Assembly: GCA_964580285.1 (NCBI GenBank)
Contig: CAZOKB010000003.1
Span: forward strand, 31,403 to 95,402
Length of the DNA stretch: 64,000 nucleotides
Source of the DNA: an uncultured Bdellovibrionales bacterium
GTDB lineage: Bacteria > Patescibacteriota > Minisyncoccia > Moranbacterales > UBA1568
Direction: 5' to 3'
A program made the translations under genes and the position numbers. The notes under the pieces were generated by a model that worked only from the letters and a program-made list of their open reading frames with translations, made no database searches and was not told the origin of the DNA. Positions 8,594-17,694 of the stretch are shown here, one piece after another; positions within the stretch are counted from its first letter, which is position 1, and each line of letters opens with the position of its first letter.

Positions 8594-9844
8594 ATGCCCA
8601 TTACTCCAGATATCAAAAAGCATTTCCCGATTTTCAAACACCAGCCTGATTTGGTGTACTTAGATTCGGCTGCCACTGCCTTGAAACCACAAGCCGTCAT
8701 GGAAACGGCGCGCGGATACGAAGAAACGTACTCAGCCAATATCGGCCGTGGTCTCTATCCGATCGCCGAACAAGCCACCGAAGCATTTGAAGCAGTCCGT
8801 GATCAGACTGCTCGCTTCATCGGGGCGACTTCCCGCGAAATTATCTTCACGAAAAACACGACTGACTCCCTCAATATGGTAGCCATATGGATCGCTCCAC
8901 GGCTCCGTACAGGAGACAATATCGTCATCACTGCCGCCGAGCACCACGCCAACTATCTCCCCTGGGTCGAGCTTGCGGAAGCCAAAGGTATCGAGCTGCG
9001 TGTTGCTCCTTTTAATACGGAGGGGCTCATCGAGAGAGACACTCTCGCCTCCCTCGTCGATTTGCGCACGGTACTCGTCGCTTTCGGCGCCGTCTCCAAT
9101 GTCTTCGGCGCGATCAATCCGGTGCGAGACCTTATACAAGCGATCAAAGCGAAAAATCAGCAAGCGCTCACCATCATCGATGCTGCCCAGGCCGTCGGCC
9201 ATATCCCGATCGATACCCATGACTGGGATGCTGATTTCGTTGCTTTTTCGGCTCACAAACTCTACGGGCCAACCGGTGTCGGAATCCTCTATGGCAAAGC
9301 CATGCTTCTAGAAACCCTTCCTCCCCTCACCTTTGGTGGCGGCATGGTGCTCGATGCTTGTCCACCAAAAGATGGGCGGGCCAGTTCTCCGACTCGAGAA
9401 TACAAGGATATCCCGTACCGCTTCGAGGCAGGGACACCCAATATCTCTGGCGTCATCGGCTGGGGCGCCGCGCTCGATTTTCTCGAAAAGACAGGGATAG
9501 AAAATATTCGTGCCCACGAAGCATCACTCGTTACATATGCCCTCGCCAAGCTCCAAGAATCTTTCGGGGAAAAAATTCAGCTCCTCGGACCACAAGAACC
9601 AACGCTACATAGCGGACTGATCGCTTTTACTCTGGAAGGCATTCATCCCCACGACCTTGCCCATATTCTTGGTGAGCAAGGCATTTGCATTAGGGCCGGC
9701 GAACACTGCGCCAGCCCCCTGCATCGCAAGCTCAACCTGACCGCTACCGCTCGCGTAAGCTTCGGCCTCTACAACTCTTCAGAAGATATTGATACACTCA
9801 TTGAAGGAATCAAAAACGCACGCACCGTCCTACAAAAATCTTAA
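8594..9844 (+). CDS. sufS: cysteine desulfurase SufS
   Basis: YLDSAATALKP, AFSAHKLYGPTGVG (PLP Lys), RFEAGTPN, RAGEHCA catalytic Cys. Confidence 0.97.
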   Translation: MPITPDIKKHFPIFKHQPDLVYLDSAATALKPQAVMETARGYEETYSANIGRGLYPIAEQATEAFEAVRDQTARFIGATSREIIFTKNTTDSLNMVAIWIAPRLRTGDNIVITAAEHHANYLPWVELAEAKGIELRVAPFNTEGLIERDTLASLVDLRTVLVAFGAVSNVFGAINPVRDLIQAIKAKNQQALTIIDAAQAVGHIPIDTHDWDADFVAFSAHKLYGPTGVGILYGKAMLLETLPPLTFGGGMVLDACPPKDGRASSPTREYKDIPYRFEAGTPNISGVIGWGAALDFLEKTGIENIRAHEASLVTYALAKLQESFGEKIQLLGPQEPTLHSGLIAFTLEGIHPHDLAHILGEQGICIRAGEHCASPLHRKLNLTATARVSFGLYNSSEDIDTLIEGIKNARTVLQKS

Positions 9845-9862
9845 ACATTGCAAAAGTCTCTA

Positions 9863-9949
9863 AAAGTTTTCTCTGTTGGTCGTTCTGTTGGTGACCGTTG
9901 GATACGAAGTACCACAGGGAGACAACGGGATGCCAACAAAGAAAACTTT
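9863..9949 (+). ncRNA. structured RNA motif, copy 3 (sufS-sufU junction)
   Basis: same core as copies 1 and 2 with compensatory apical stem TAC-GAA-GTA. Confidence 0.7.
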
Positions 9950-9968
9950 CTTCAGGAAATGTACCACT

Positions 9969-10331
9969 ATGTCTCTCTATCAGGACCTTATCCTCGACCA
10001 CTACCGCAACCCTCGCAATCAGGGTGTCTTGAAAGCGCCCACTCACAGCGCCGGTGCCCATAACCCAACCTGTGGCGATCGACTCGAGATGCAGCTTTTA
10101 GTAAAAAATGGTATTATTGCCGATGTAAAGTTTTCTGGTTCAGGGTGTGCTATTTCACAGGCAAGCGCATCGCTTCTCTCGGAATTCCTCAAAGGAAAAT
10201 CTCTCGAGGAAGCCCGCACTTTTGGAAAAGACAATCTTTTAGCCCTCTTGGGTGTAACACTTTCTCCAAATCGTTTGAAATGTGCCCTCCTCTCTCTGGA
10301 AACTTTTGATAAAGCCGTAAACAGTAAATAA
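9969..10331 (+). CDS. sufU: SufU/IscU-type sulfur acceptor or scaffold
   Basis: LYQDLILDHYRNPRN, NPTCGD, GCAISQASAS, RLKCALL; ATG 9969. Confidence 0.95.
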   Translation: MSLYQDLILDHYRNPRNQGVLKAPTHSAGAHNPTCGDRLEMQLLVKNGIIADVKFSGSGCAISQASASLLSEFLKGKSLEEARTFGKDNLLALLGVTLSPNRLKCALLSLETFDKAVNSK

Positions 10332-10337
10332 GAAACT

Positions 10338-10607
10338 ATGGCATGGAAAGATGAAGCGCGCCCAGCTGGCCCAGTGAAGCTCGCCAATGGTTGGACGGTT
10401 GAAGTAGATCCGAATGTGTGTATCGGAGCCGCTCCTTGTACCGCTATCGCTATGAAAACCTTTGCGCTCGATGAAAACGGCAAAGCCGGTGTACTCTCAA
10501 CAGCCGACGAGGATGATAAAGATACTATTCTGAACGCTGCTAAGGCCTGCCCGGTTGCTGCCATTCTTATTAAGGATGAAACAGGGAAACAGATTTTTCC
10601 AGAATAG
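10338..10607 (+). CDS. monocluster ferredoxin, probably [3Fe-4S]
   Basis: CIGAAPC...ACPV.AI; the second Cys of CxxCxxC is replaced by Ala. Confidence 0.88.
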   Translation: MAWKDEARPAGPVKLANGWTVEVDPNVCIGAAPCTAIAMKTFALDENGKAGVLSTADEDDKDTILNAAKACPVAAILIKDETGKQIFPE

Positions 10608-10613
10608 TTTTCT

Positions 10614-10720
10614 GGAATAGAGAATGTAGAATAAGGAATAGAGAAAAGAAAACAATAATCCTCCATTCGGAGGATTATTGTTTCAGAAGCCTCTATTCTC
10701 TATACTATATTCTATATTCC
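10614..10720. repeat. long hairpin built from ~7-nt repeat units
   Basis: GGAATAGAGAATGTAGAATAAGGAATAGAG pairs with CTCTATTCTCTATACTATATTCTATATTCC around a 15-bp inner stem. Confidence 0.8.
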
Positions 10721-10728
10721 CCTTCTCT

Positions 10729-11046
10729 ATGTCTCACACCGCATCACAACTCAAAATCGCGATCCAAGAGAAGCTCAAGCTCGTTCTTGATCCTGAGCTC
10801 GGTGTTTCGATTTGGAATCTCGGCCTCGTGTACACTATCACGGTATCAAAAGAAGGGGTTGCTCTTATCACCATGACCCTCACCACTATCGGCTGTCCTC
10901 TCTTCCCAGCGATTCAGAAAGACATTGAGGATCGGCTCATGGCCATCGACGGTATCGAAGACGTAAAGATCGATCTCGTCTTCGATCCACCCTGGACCCC
11001 CGAGAAGATGAATGAGGAAGCCAAGATCCAGCTCGGCTGGGATTAG
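10729..11046 (+). CDS. metal-sulfur cluster assembly factor (DUF59/SufT)
   Basis: V.DPEL...I..LGLVY, MTLTT.GCP, FDPPWTPE. Confidence 0.92.
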   Translation: MSHTASQLKIAIQEKLKLVLDPELGVSIWNLGLVYTITVSKEGVALITMTLTTIGCPLFPAIQKDIEDRLMAIDGIEDVKIDLVFDPPWTPEKMNEEAKIQLGWD

Positions 11047-11096
11047 AAATAGCTTGTTGGCTTCATTGGCGGCGGGCTGATTACCTCGTAAAATTG

Positions 11097-11133
11097 AAAA
11101 AAGCACAGGAGTTTTTACTTCGGTGCTTTTTTC
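11097..11133 (+). terminator. terminator of SUF operon
   Basis: AAAAAGCAC..GTGCTTTTT stem with T run. Confidence 0.7.
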
Positions 11134-11417
11134 TTTTCCTGTTATTCACCAGTACATTTACTCACGATCGACGCTCAATGTAACCATTATTTCCTGTACA
11201 CAATTTTCCACGACCGTTACACATTGTGTACACTTTTTTATGTTTAGACCAACACTTTATTGCCTCCCCTGTGGTGTCTGAGAACATTCAGCAGTCCATC
11301 GCGAAATACCGGTAGGAAAAATTTCCAAAGATGTCAGCTTGAGTTTTTTCTCTTGCTTATGTAAGAGAGAGAGGGTAAACTAAAATCAAGATTTTCTAAC
11401 ATAAAAAGCGTACTGTT

Positions 11418-12008
11418 ATGCGGAAACTCGTACACTCCAGCCTGTACTGGGGAAAAGTCGTGGTATTAGGGATTATCGTAGGCGTTGGGATTCAGTTTGC
11501 GGAAGCCTGGACCAACCCGAGCGTCTCTGCTCCTGGTGGTAATGTGGCCGGGCCAATTAATACCGGAGTTTTCGATCAGGTGAAGAATGCCTCTTTGGGT
11601 CTTATTGGGAATCTGGCTTCCGGATTAGTCCAATTAAACACGGTAGTTGTTGAAGGAACGGCATGTCCTTCAAATGGTTTGGTAGGCAGAGATAGCATAG
11701 GTCGTATTCTTGCTTGTCAGAGTCTCATCTGGACACGACAGAATGGTGGTGGATCACCAGTATGGGTATATACCCGGTCCTCACATGATGCATTTTCCAT
11801 CTTAACCTCAAACCCTATTCCTTTTTGTTATCCAACCAGTCAGCAAAGAAATAGCCGCTCATCATTTCACTATCCTCCTGGAGACTGGCATTATATTTTT
11901 ACTTATACTGGCACAGGGCGTTGTCCTACCCCAGGAGTGCAATGCGTTACAGATAGTGGTCCAGGGCGAGGATATTCATTCTATATATACACCTGTACCG
12001 CTCTCTAA
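11418..12008 (+). CDS. secreted PilV-tip-like protein with Cys-rich tail
   Basis: signal/TM, WTNPS..APGGN motif, ACPSNGLVGRDSIGRILACQSLIW resembling the shufflon PilV repeat. Confidence 0.6.
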   Translation: MRKLVHSSLYWGKVVVLGIIVGVGIQFAEAWTNPSVSAPGGNVAGPINTGVFDQVKNASLGLIGNLASGLVQLNTVVVEGTACPSNGLVGRDSIGRILACQSLIWTRQNGGGSPVWVYTRSSHDAFSILTSNPIPFCYPTSQQRNSRSSFHYPPGDWHYIFTYTGTGRCPTPGVQCVTDSGPGRGYSFYIYTCTAL

Positions 12009-12025
12009 TCCGCTTTTCTTTAGCT

Positions 12026-12340
12026 ATGTTTAAAGACTTCAAAAAGAGTTTGGGTATTGTGGTACTCGGTCTATTACTCGGAACTTCCATCCAATTTGCT
12101 TATGCCTGGAGTAATCCGACCACTCCTCCACCAGGAGGCAATCTTGATGGTGCGCTCACGACCGGAATTATCAATCAAATCAAACGATCTTCGTTGGGCC
12201 TAACTGGCAATCTTTCTGTTGGACTTATCCAACTCAATACTATCGTGATAGAGGGATCGACATGTTCTTCGAATGGACTCTTGGGCAGAAATAGTACCGG
12301 AGCTCTTCTTTCTTGTCAGAGTCTCGTATGGAAGAAATAG
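12026..12340 (+). CDS. paralog of the preceding gene, ending at the PilV-like motif
   Basis: WSNPTTPPPGGN...TCSSNGLLGRNSTGALLSCQSLVWKK-stop. Confidence 0.6.
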   Translation: MFKDFKKSLGIVVLGLLLGTSIQFAYAWSNPTTPPPGGNLDGALTTGIINQIKRSSLGLTGNLSVGLIQLNTIVIEGSTCSSNGLLGRNSTGALLSCQSLVWKK

Positions 12341-12350
12341 ATTTTTTGTC

Positions 12351-13214
12351 TTATTTCTTCGTGTAAGAATCGATAAGCTCTCTGACTTGGGCATCGTTTC
12401 GGGTGCGGAAGTGGAGCAAATCCTCCCCTTCGCGGACCTGTGTCTCATAGGTCGGTCGACCGGTCTCACGATAGATCACGCCGAGTGCGAGACGCTCTTG
12501 GTCCATGCCAATTTTCCAAGCCGCAGCCCGATCCGATGTATCGTGTTCCTCCCCGAGCAGATAGGTATGCTCCATAAACCACTGGTAGGTATTCTGCTTA
12601 TTGAAGACAACGCACGGCTGGAAAATATCCACCAATGCATACCCCTTGTGTTGTATCGCCTCTTTCACAATAGCCACTGCTTGGGGAATATTGCCGGCGT
12701 AAGCCCGAGCTACGAAGGTCGCTCCGACTGAGAGCGCGACCGGGATCGGATTGAACGGCTCGAGGATAACGCCTCCCGGCTGGAGCGGCGTTACGAGACC
12801 CTTCTCCGATGTCGGCGATGCCTGCCCCTTCGTCAGGCCGTAAATCATGTTGTTATGGACGATATTCGTGATATCCGGATTGCGGCGAATAGTGTGCATG
12901 AAGTGATTCCCTCCTTCTCCATAGGTGTCGCCATCACCACTCTCAGCAATCACCGTCAACTTTGGATTCGCCACCTTGATTGCCATAGCTGGTCCGAGCG
13001 CTCGGCCATGCAGACCATTGAAATAATTGAGGCGCAGATAGTGCGGAGTCTTGGCAGCCTGTCCGATACCAGAAGTCATGACGACTGATTCCGGCAGGAT
13101 ATCGAGCTCGGCCAAGGCGTTCTTCACGATGGTCAGGATAGGGAAGTTCCCGCAGGCCGGGCACCAGCTGACATCCGTACCATGAGGCATATCATAGAGC
13201 TTTTTGTCGATCAT
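12351..13214 (-). CDS. 2-oxoacid:ferredoxin oxidoreductase beta subunit
   Basis: [44 protein letters not shown] motifs. Confidence 0.95.
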   Translation of the reverse strand: MIDKKLYDMPHGTDVSWCPACGNFPILTIVKNALAELDILPESVVMTSGIGQAAKTPHYLRLNYFNGLHGRALGPAMAIKVANPKLTVIAESGDGDTYGEGGNHFMHTIRRNPDITNIVHNNMIYGLTKGQASPTSEKGLVTPLQPGGVILEPFNPIPVALSVGATFVARAYAGNIPQAVAIVKEAIQHKGYALVDIFQPCVVFNKQNTYQWFMEHTYLLGEEHDTSDRAAAWKIGMDQERLALGVIYRETGRPTYETQVREGEDLLHFRTRNDAQVRELIDSYTKK

Positions 13215-13225
13215 AGCCGTATATC

Positions 13226-14929
13226 TTAAGCGATTGCCTTTTTTATTTTCTCGACCGTCTCCTCCACCGAATACGGCGATCCGTCATACTTCAGGATCCG
13301 CTCGCTGACTTCGATGCCGAGATCACGCTCGAGCAGATCAGCGAACTGTCCGACAGCGTTGTTTTCCATCACAACGATCTTCTTCTTGGAGAACAGTTTC
13401 TTCGCTTTCGGATTGAGTGGATAGACCTGCGAGAAATGAAGGCCAGCTACGGATGCATCCTTGATCTTGCCGAGCGCTTCTTCGAGGATACCCCGATTCG
13501 ATCCCCAGGTGACGATGAGCGTCTTGGCGCCCTTCACCTTTTCAATCTCTTCCGGCATGAGCGCCGCTGCCTTCATGAGCTCAAGCTTCCGCAAACGCTT
13601 TTCATGCATAGCAATGCGCACATCGGCACTTTCGGTGATATGCGCTTCTTCATCGTGTTCATCACTATCAACTCCAACAAGTCCCTTTCCGAATCCCGGT
13701 ATACCACGCGGCGATACACCATCCTCCGTCACGACATAGCGACGATAGGCAGCATCGGTCTCGACGATGTGCTTGGTCACCGGCAGGAGTTCTAGATATT
13801 CCTTCGGGACCGTTGATATCGAATCAAGCATATACTGATCCGACAAGACGAACACTGGAATCTGATACCGATCAGCTGCTTCAAATGCGTGCTGCATTGC
13901 ATGGAATGCCTGCGCGGGAGTACCCGGAGCGAATATCGCCCGCGGAAACTCGCCGTGTCCGGCATAGAGCACGAGATTAAGATCAGCCTGCTCAGTCCGT
14001 GTTGGCAGCCCGGTCGCCGGTCCCGGACGCTGGCCAATATGCACCACCACGGGCGTTTCGATCATCCCCGAGAGACTCACTCCCTCACACATAAGCGCAA
14101 ATCCTCCACCCGAAGTGGTGACTAAAGCCCGCGCGCCAGCATACCAAGCACCGATCGCGATATTGATCGCTGCGATCTCGTCTTCCGCTTGATCGATAAC
14201 GATACCGAACTTCTGTGCCTGACTCGCCAGATAGGTCAGCACACCCGTACCGGGAGACATAGGGTACGACGAAGCAAAATCACACCCTGCCGCGATAGCT
14301 CCCAGCCCCAGAGCGGTATTGCCATCAAGCAAGAGTTCCTCACGGACCGTCTCATCCTTCCGGAGACTAACCTCAAAGCCCTCCATGAAAGCGACATGAC
14401 TTCCGAAATCCATACCTTTAGCAGCTGCTTCGAGGTTCTTCTTCACGATTTCTTCGCCCTTGCGAGCAAAATGCGCCCGCAGATAATCTTCAAACGGTTT
14501 ACGCTCCGCACCGAGCATACCAAGCACCGCTCCCACCGCAATCGTCGAGGCGAAAATCGGATTCCCGAGCTCAGCCGAAAGCTTCGTGAATGGCAGGTCA
14601 ATAATATGTGCCCCGTCCCACTGCACTTTTTCTTTCTCTCCGAGAATAATTGTGTGCTTGCCAATGCGGTGTGTGAGGTGCGGAATCACGTCCTTATCAA
14701 GAGCTAAGAGAAAATCTATATGGTCAACATAGGCCAATGGCATCCCCTTGCCAATACGGATCTCGGTTGAATTTGATCCTCCACGAATACGCGACATGTA
14801 TTCCTTGCACGCAAAAATCCGGTATCCCTCGGCCTTGAGCACGGATACCAGCATTGCCTCCACCGTCTGTATCCCTTGTCCTGCCGCCCCTCCGAGTACG
14901 ATAGAAATATCCCCTGAAAAACGCTTCAT
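13226..14929 (-). CDS. 2-oxoacid:ferredoxin oxidoreductase alpha(/gamma) subunit
   Basis: [47 protein letters not shown]. Confidence 0.95.
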   Translation of the reverse strand: MKRFSGDISIVLGGAAGQGIQTVEAMLVSVLKAEGYRIFACKEYMSRIRGGSNSTEIRIGKGMPLAYVDHIDFLLALDKDVIPHLTHRIGKHTIILGEKEKVQWDGAHIIDLPFTKLSAELGNPIFASTIAVGAVLGMLGAERKPFEDYLRAHFARKGEEIVKKNLEAAAKGMDFGSHVAFMEGFEVSLRKDETVREELLLDGNTALGLGAIAAGCDFASSYPMSPGTGVLTYLASQAQKFGIVIDQAEDEIAAINIAIGAWYAGARALVTTSGGGFALMCEGVSLSGMIETPVVVHIGQRPGPATGLPTRTEQADLNLVLYAGHGEFPRAIFAPGTPAQAFHAMQHAFEAADRYQIPVFVLSDQYMLDSISTVPKEYLELLPVTKHIVETDAAYRRYVVTEDGVSPRGIPGFGKGLVGVDSDEHDEEAHITESADVRIAMHEKRLRKLELMKAAALMPEEIEKVKGAKTLIVTWGSNRGILEEALGKIKDASVAGLHFSQVYPLNPKAKKLFSKKKIVVMENNAVGQFADLLERDLGIEVSERILKYDGSPYSVEETVEKIKKAIA

Positions 14930-15004
14930 ACTTCCTTTTATTTTGGTTTGATATCTTTTTTAGTATACCACAAAAAATCTCTCTACTTTGAGAAAAAATA
15001 GAAC

Positions 15005-15116
15005 GATTTTTGATTTTCGAAAAAAGATGCAAACGAACAACAGCCGATGAACTTGGTTCTTTTGAGATCAAAAAAAAATGACGTACTCTAGAATCTAAAA
15101 TCGAATATCAAAAATC
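15005..15116. repeat. inverted repeat of ~7-nt units downstream of xseB
   Basis: GATTTTTGATTTTCGA ... TCGAATATCAAAAATC (15/16 complementary). Confidence 0.65.
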
Positions 15117-15316
15117 TACTCTTTAGAGAGCTCTTTCTTCACGACTTCGAATTCATTCTCTACTTCTTTCAGTCGTGCTTTGCTCTCCTTGATAAGTGCA
15201 ACGCCCTCTTTCACTTTCTCAAGCGCCTGCTCGACATCGATCGCCTCCTGCCCCTCGAACCATTCCGTGATACCCTCGAGCTTCTTGAGTGATTCTGCTA
15301 GTGATCCTTTTTTCAT
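15116..15316 (-). CDS. xseB: exodeoxyribonuclease VII small subunit
   Basis: L..LE.I...E.....E.AL....EG..LI......L..VE pattern; downstream of xseA. Confidence 0.9.
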   Translation of the reverse strand: MKKGSLAESLKKLEGITEWFEGQEAIDVEQALEKVKEGVALIKESKARLKEVENEFEVVKKELSKE

Positions 15317-15487
15317 AGATTACATATGATTACAATTATACCTATCAAACGAATACGCACCCTCTATCTATCTGCACTCTACCGGGAAACGGAAGGATTT
15401 TTTTCTGATGCCCTACGCTTCCGAGCGTACAGCAAAGAAAAAATCTCTTTCGTTTCCCGGGGAGATATCCTTTCAAAAAACTCTTCG

Positions 15488-17029
15488 TCAACGTACTTCT
15501 GCTTCGATCGTTCCATCCCGTACCTGGAGCGAGAGACGGTCTCCGGTTTTCACTTGTGTCACGCTGCGCACCAGCACACCGCCCGATCGGACCAGCGCAT
15601 ACCCAAGACTGAGTACCCGCTTCGGATCATACTCCCGCAGCTTCTCTTCCGCATACGAGAGCGACTGTCTCAGGCGATCCAGCATAACAGAAAAATTCTT
15701 TATAAAAAGTTTTTCTGACTCCATACACTGCTGGTTTGCTCGGAGAAGCACAAAACGAATCTGTTCGGTTGATCGCCACAACTCTTGTTCAGCTCGCACA
15801 AAACGTTCTTTCAGTTTTGGGAAGACCAGCGCAAGCATCTGTTCTGCTCGTTCTATAAGCGCTCTTTTTTCAGACAAAAAACGTTCTGATCGTTCCCATA
15901 ACAATGTCGAGGCGTGCTCGACTGCTTGACGGGCCCGTTCAAACGGCTCGCGGAGCGTACGCGCCGCCGCGGTCGGCGTCGACACCATGGTATCAGCCAC
16001 CAAGGCCGCCAGGGTTATATCTTTTTCATGCCCGATACCCAGGAGAGTTGGAATAGGGCAAGCAGCCACTTCATGCACCAGCATTTCATTATTGAAGGCC
16101 TGAAGACTTTCCAAACTCCCGCCGCCGCGAATCATGACCAAAAGATCATAGTGATCAGCATGCTCTCGAAAATAGCGGAGTGCCCGCAGGATATCCGGTA
16201 CTGCTCGTTGCCCTTCCACACTCACTGGATAAAAATCCACGTGCAAGCCGAGCTGCCCCAGATTCATCGTAAAATCGCCAATCGCTGCACCCTGCTCAGA
16301 AGTAATCAGTGCGATACGCTCAGGAAACTCAGGGAGCGATCGTTTGCGCTCCAACGTTAACAACCCTTCACGCTCCAGTTTACGAAACAATTCATCATAA
16401 GCCTTCTTGAGCGCTCCTTCGCCAGCCAGTTCGATCAGCCCGACTTTAAGAGATAAGCGTCCACTCGGCTTATAGATATCTGGAGACCCTTCAATAATCA
16501 CTTCGTCACCAATAGATAAACGCACTCCGGACAACTGGTACTGATAACGAAATATAAGACAATTCAAAGTGCTTTCATCCTGACTGTCCTTGAGGGTAAA
16601 ATAAACCACTCGTTCGCGCTCATCCACGCTCGATACTTCTCCCTTGATCCGCGCCGCCATCCCAGAGAGTTCGAGATTCAGACCATCGAGGAACTGACTG
16701 ACCGAAAGGGCATCTATAGCTGGTAACTCGTAGCTAGTAACCGCATCACTTGCCTGTAGTACTTCCTCCATTACTGGTTTCTGGTTACCGGTTACGCCAC
16801 CTACTAAAGAAACAGCTCCGTACTCTTCTACTATCGCAAGAAGAGCCTTCCCATACTTCCGAAATTTTGCCTCTTTAATACCTTTGATCGCCAAAAGTTC
16901 TTCTTTAGTTTGCGGTAAAGCATGCACAATACTGTCCAAAACGGCATTTGGCAGAACCCGAAACACCTCCACCCCCTCTTTCTGGGACTGTTCTCCTCGC
17001 CACGCGCGTAATGCTTCTCGAAGACTCAT
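15488..17029 (-). CDS. xseA: exodeoxyribonuclease VII large subunit with N-terminal HRDC domain
   Basis: GEVS..YFTLKD, GAA..D, RGGGS.E.L.AFN.E, GIGHE.D.TL..LVAD...TPTAAA; N-terminus L.AWR...KGI...K..KYG. Confidence 0.93.
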   Translation of the reverse strand: MSLREALRAWRGEQSQKEGVEVFRVLPNAVLDSIVHALPQTKEELLAIKGIKEAKFRKYGKALLAIVEEYGAVSLVGGVTGNQKPVMEEVLQASDAVTSYELPAIDALSVSQFLDGLNLELSGMAARIKGEVSSVDERERVVYFTLKDSQDESTLNCLIFRYQYQLSGVRLSIGDEVIIEGSPDIYKPSGRLSLKVGLIELAGEGALKKAYDELFRKLEREGLLTLERKRSLPEFPERIALITSEQGAAIGDFTMNLGQLGLHVDFYPVSVEGQRAVPDILRALRYFREHADHYDLLVMIRGGGSLESLQAFNNEMLVHEVAACPIPTLLGIGHEKDITLAALVADTMVSTPTAAARTLREPFERARQAVEHASTLLWERSERFLSEKRALIERAEQMLALVFPKLKERFVRAEQELWRSTEQIRFVLLRANQQCMESEKLFIKNFSVMLDRLRQSLSYAEEKLREYDPKRVLSLGYALVRSGGVLVRSVTQVKTGDRLSLQVRDGTIEAEVR

Positions 17030-17148
17030 ACAAAATCTCTACAGGTATGCTTTCATCATATACGCTCTCTCAGAACTTTCCAACCTATTTTTTCCCTTTA
17101 CAGAAGGGAAAAAACGTGATACCCTTTCACATAGATGTTTTAGAAGTC

Positions 17149-17667
17149 ATGAACGATATTTTCTCGATTTTCAGCCTTCCTGCATTTGCCGGCTCTCTTA
17201 TCATCGGTAGTCTTTTCCTGACTGGGCTTTCACTCCTATTTTTGGTACTTTTTTTCCGAAAACAGCGGGTTCTCGAGCAAAAACTCGATTTTTTCTTCTC
17301 TGGAAAAGATGCCAAGACATTAGAAACCGTACTTGCTGAACAGCTCTCCGAAACCAAGGCCTTGGATAGAGACATCCAAGCACTCTACGATGCTGTTGAA
17401 AAGCTGCGCGCTCTCAGTCTTCGAAGTCTTCATAAGCACTACGTTCTGCGTTTTAACCCATTTAAAGAAGTGGGCGGCAATCAGAGTTTTAGTGTCGCTT
17501 TCTTAGATGGTACTGATTCGGGTGTCGTGCTTTCATCCCTTCATACCCGTGAAGGCACCCGTATATATGCCAAACCCGTAGAGAAAGGCCGAGACAAAGG
17601 TTTTCCCTTTACCGAGGAAGAAAAAGAAGTAGTACGCAAAGCAGCAGCTCTCAAGGTCCTTCCCTAA
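17149..17667 (+). CDS. DUF4446-family membrane protein
   Basis: RFNPF..VGGNQSFS.A.LD...G.V.SSLH.REG.R.YAKP. Confidence 0.85.
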   Translation: MNDIFSIFSLPAFAGSLIIGSLFLTGLSLLFLVLFFRKQRVLEQKLDFFFSGKDAKTLETVLAEQLSETKALDRDIQALYDAVEKLRALSLRSLHKHYVLRFNPFKEVGGNQSFSVAFLDGTDSGVVLSSLHTREGTRIYAKPVEKGRDKGFPFTEEEKEVVRKAAALKVLP

Positions 17668-17694
17668 CTCATCACCCCCATCAAATCTATATCT

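Noticed and set aside
4804-9949. Repeated motif as a CRISPR repeat, terminator or ZTP riboswitch
   Set aside because: Copies are kilobases apart and separated by genes, with no cas genes; there is no U-tract; the ZTP pseudoknot (UGGCG/CGCC) and P3 stem are missing.
9876-9968. N-terminal extensions of sufU (and of sufD from 6360) in the ORF track
   Set aside because: They run through the RNA motif; homology starts at the downstream ATGs (9969 and 6447).
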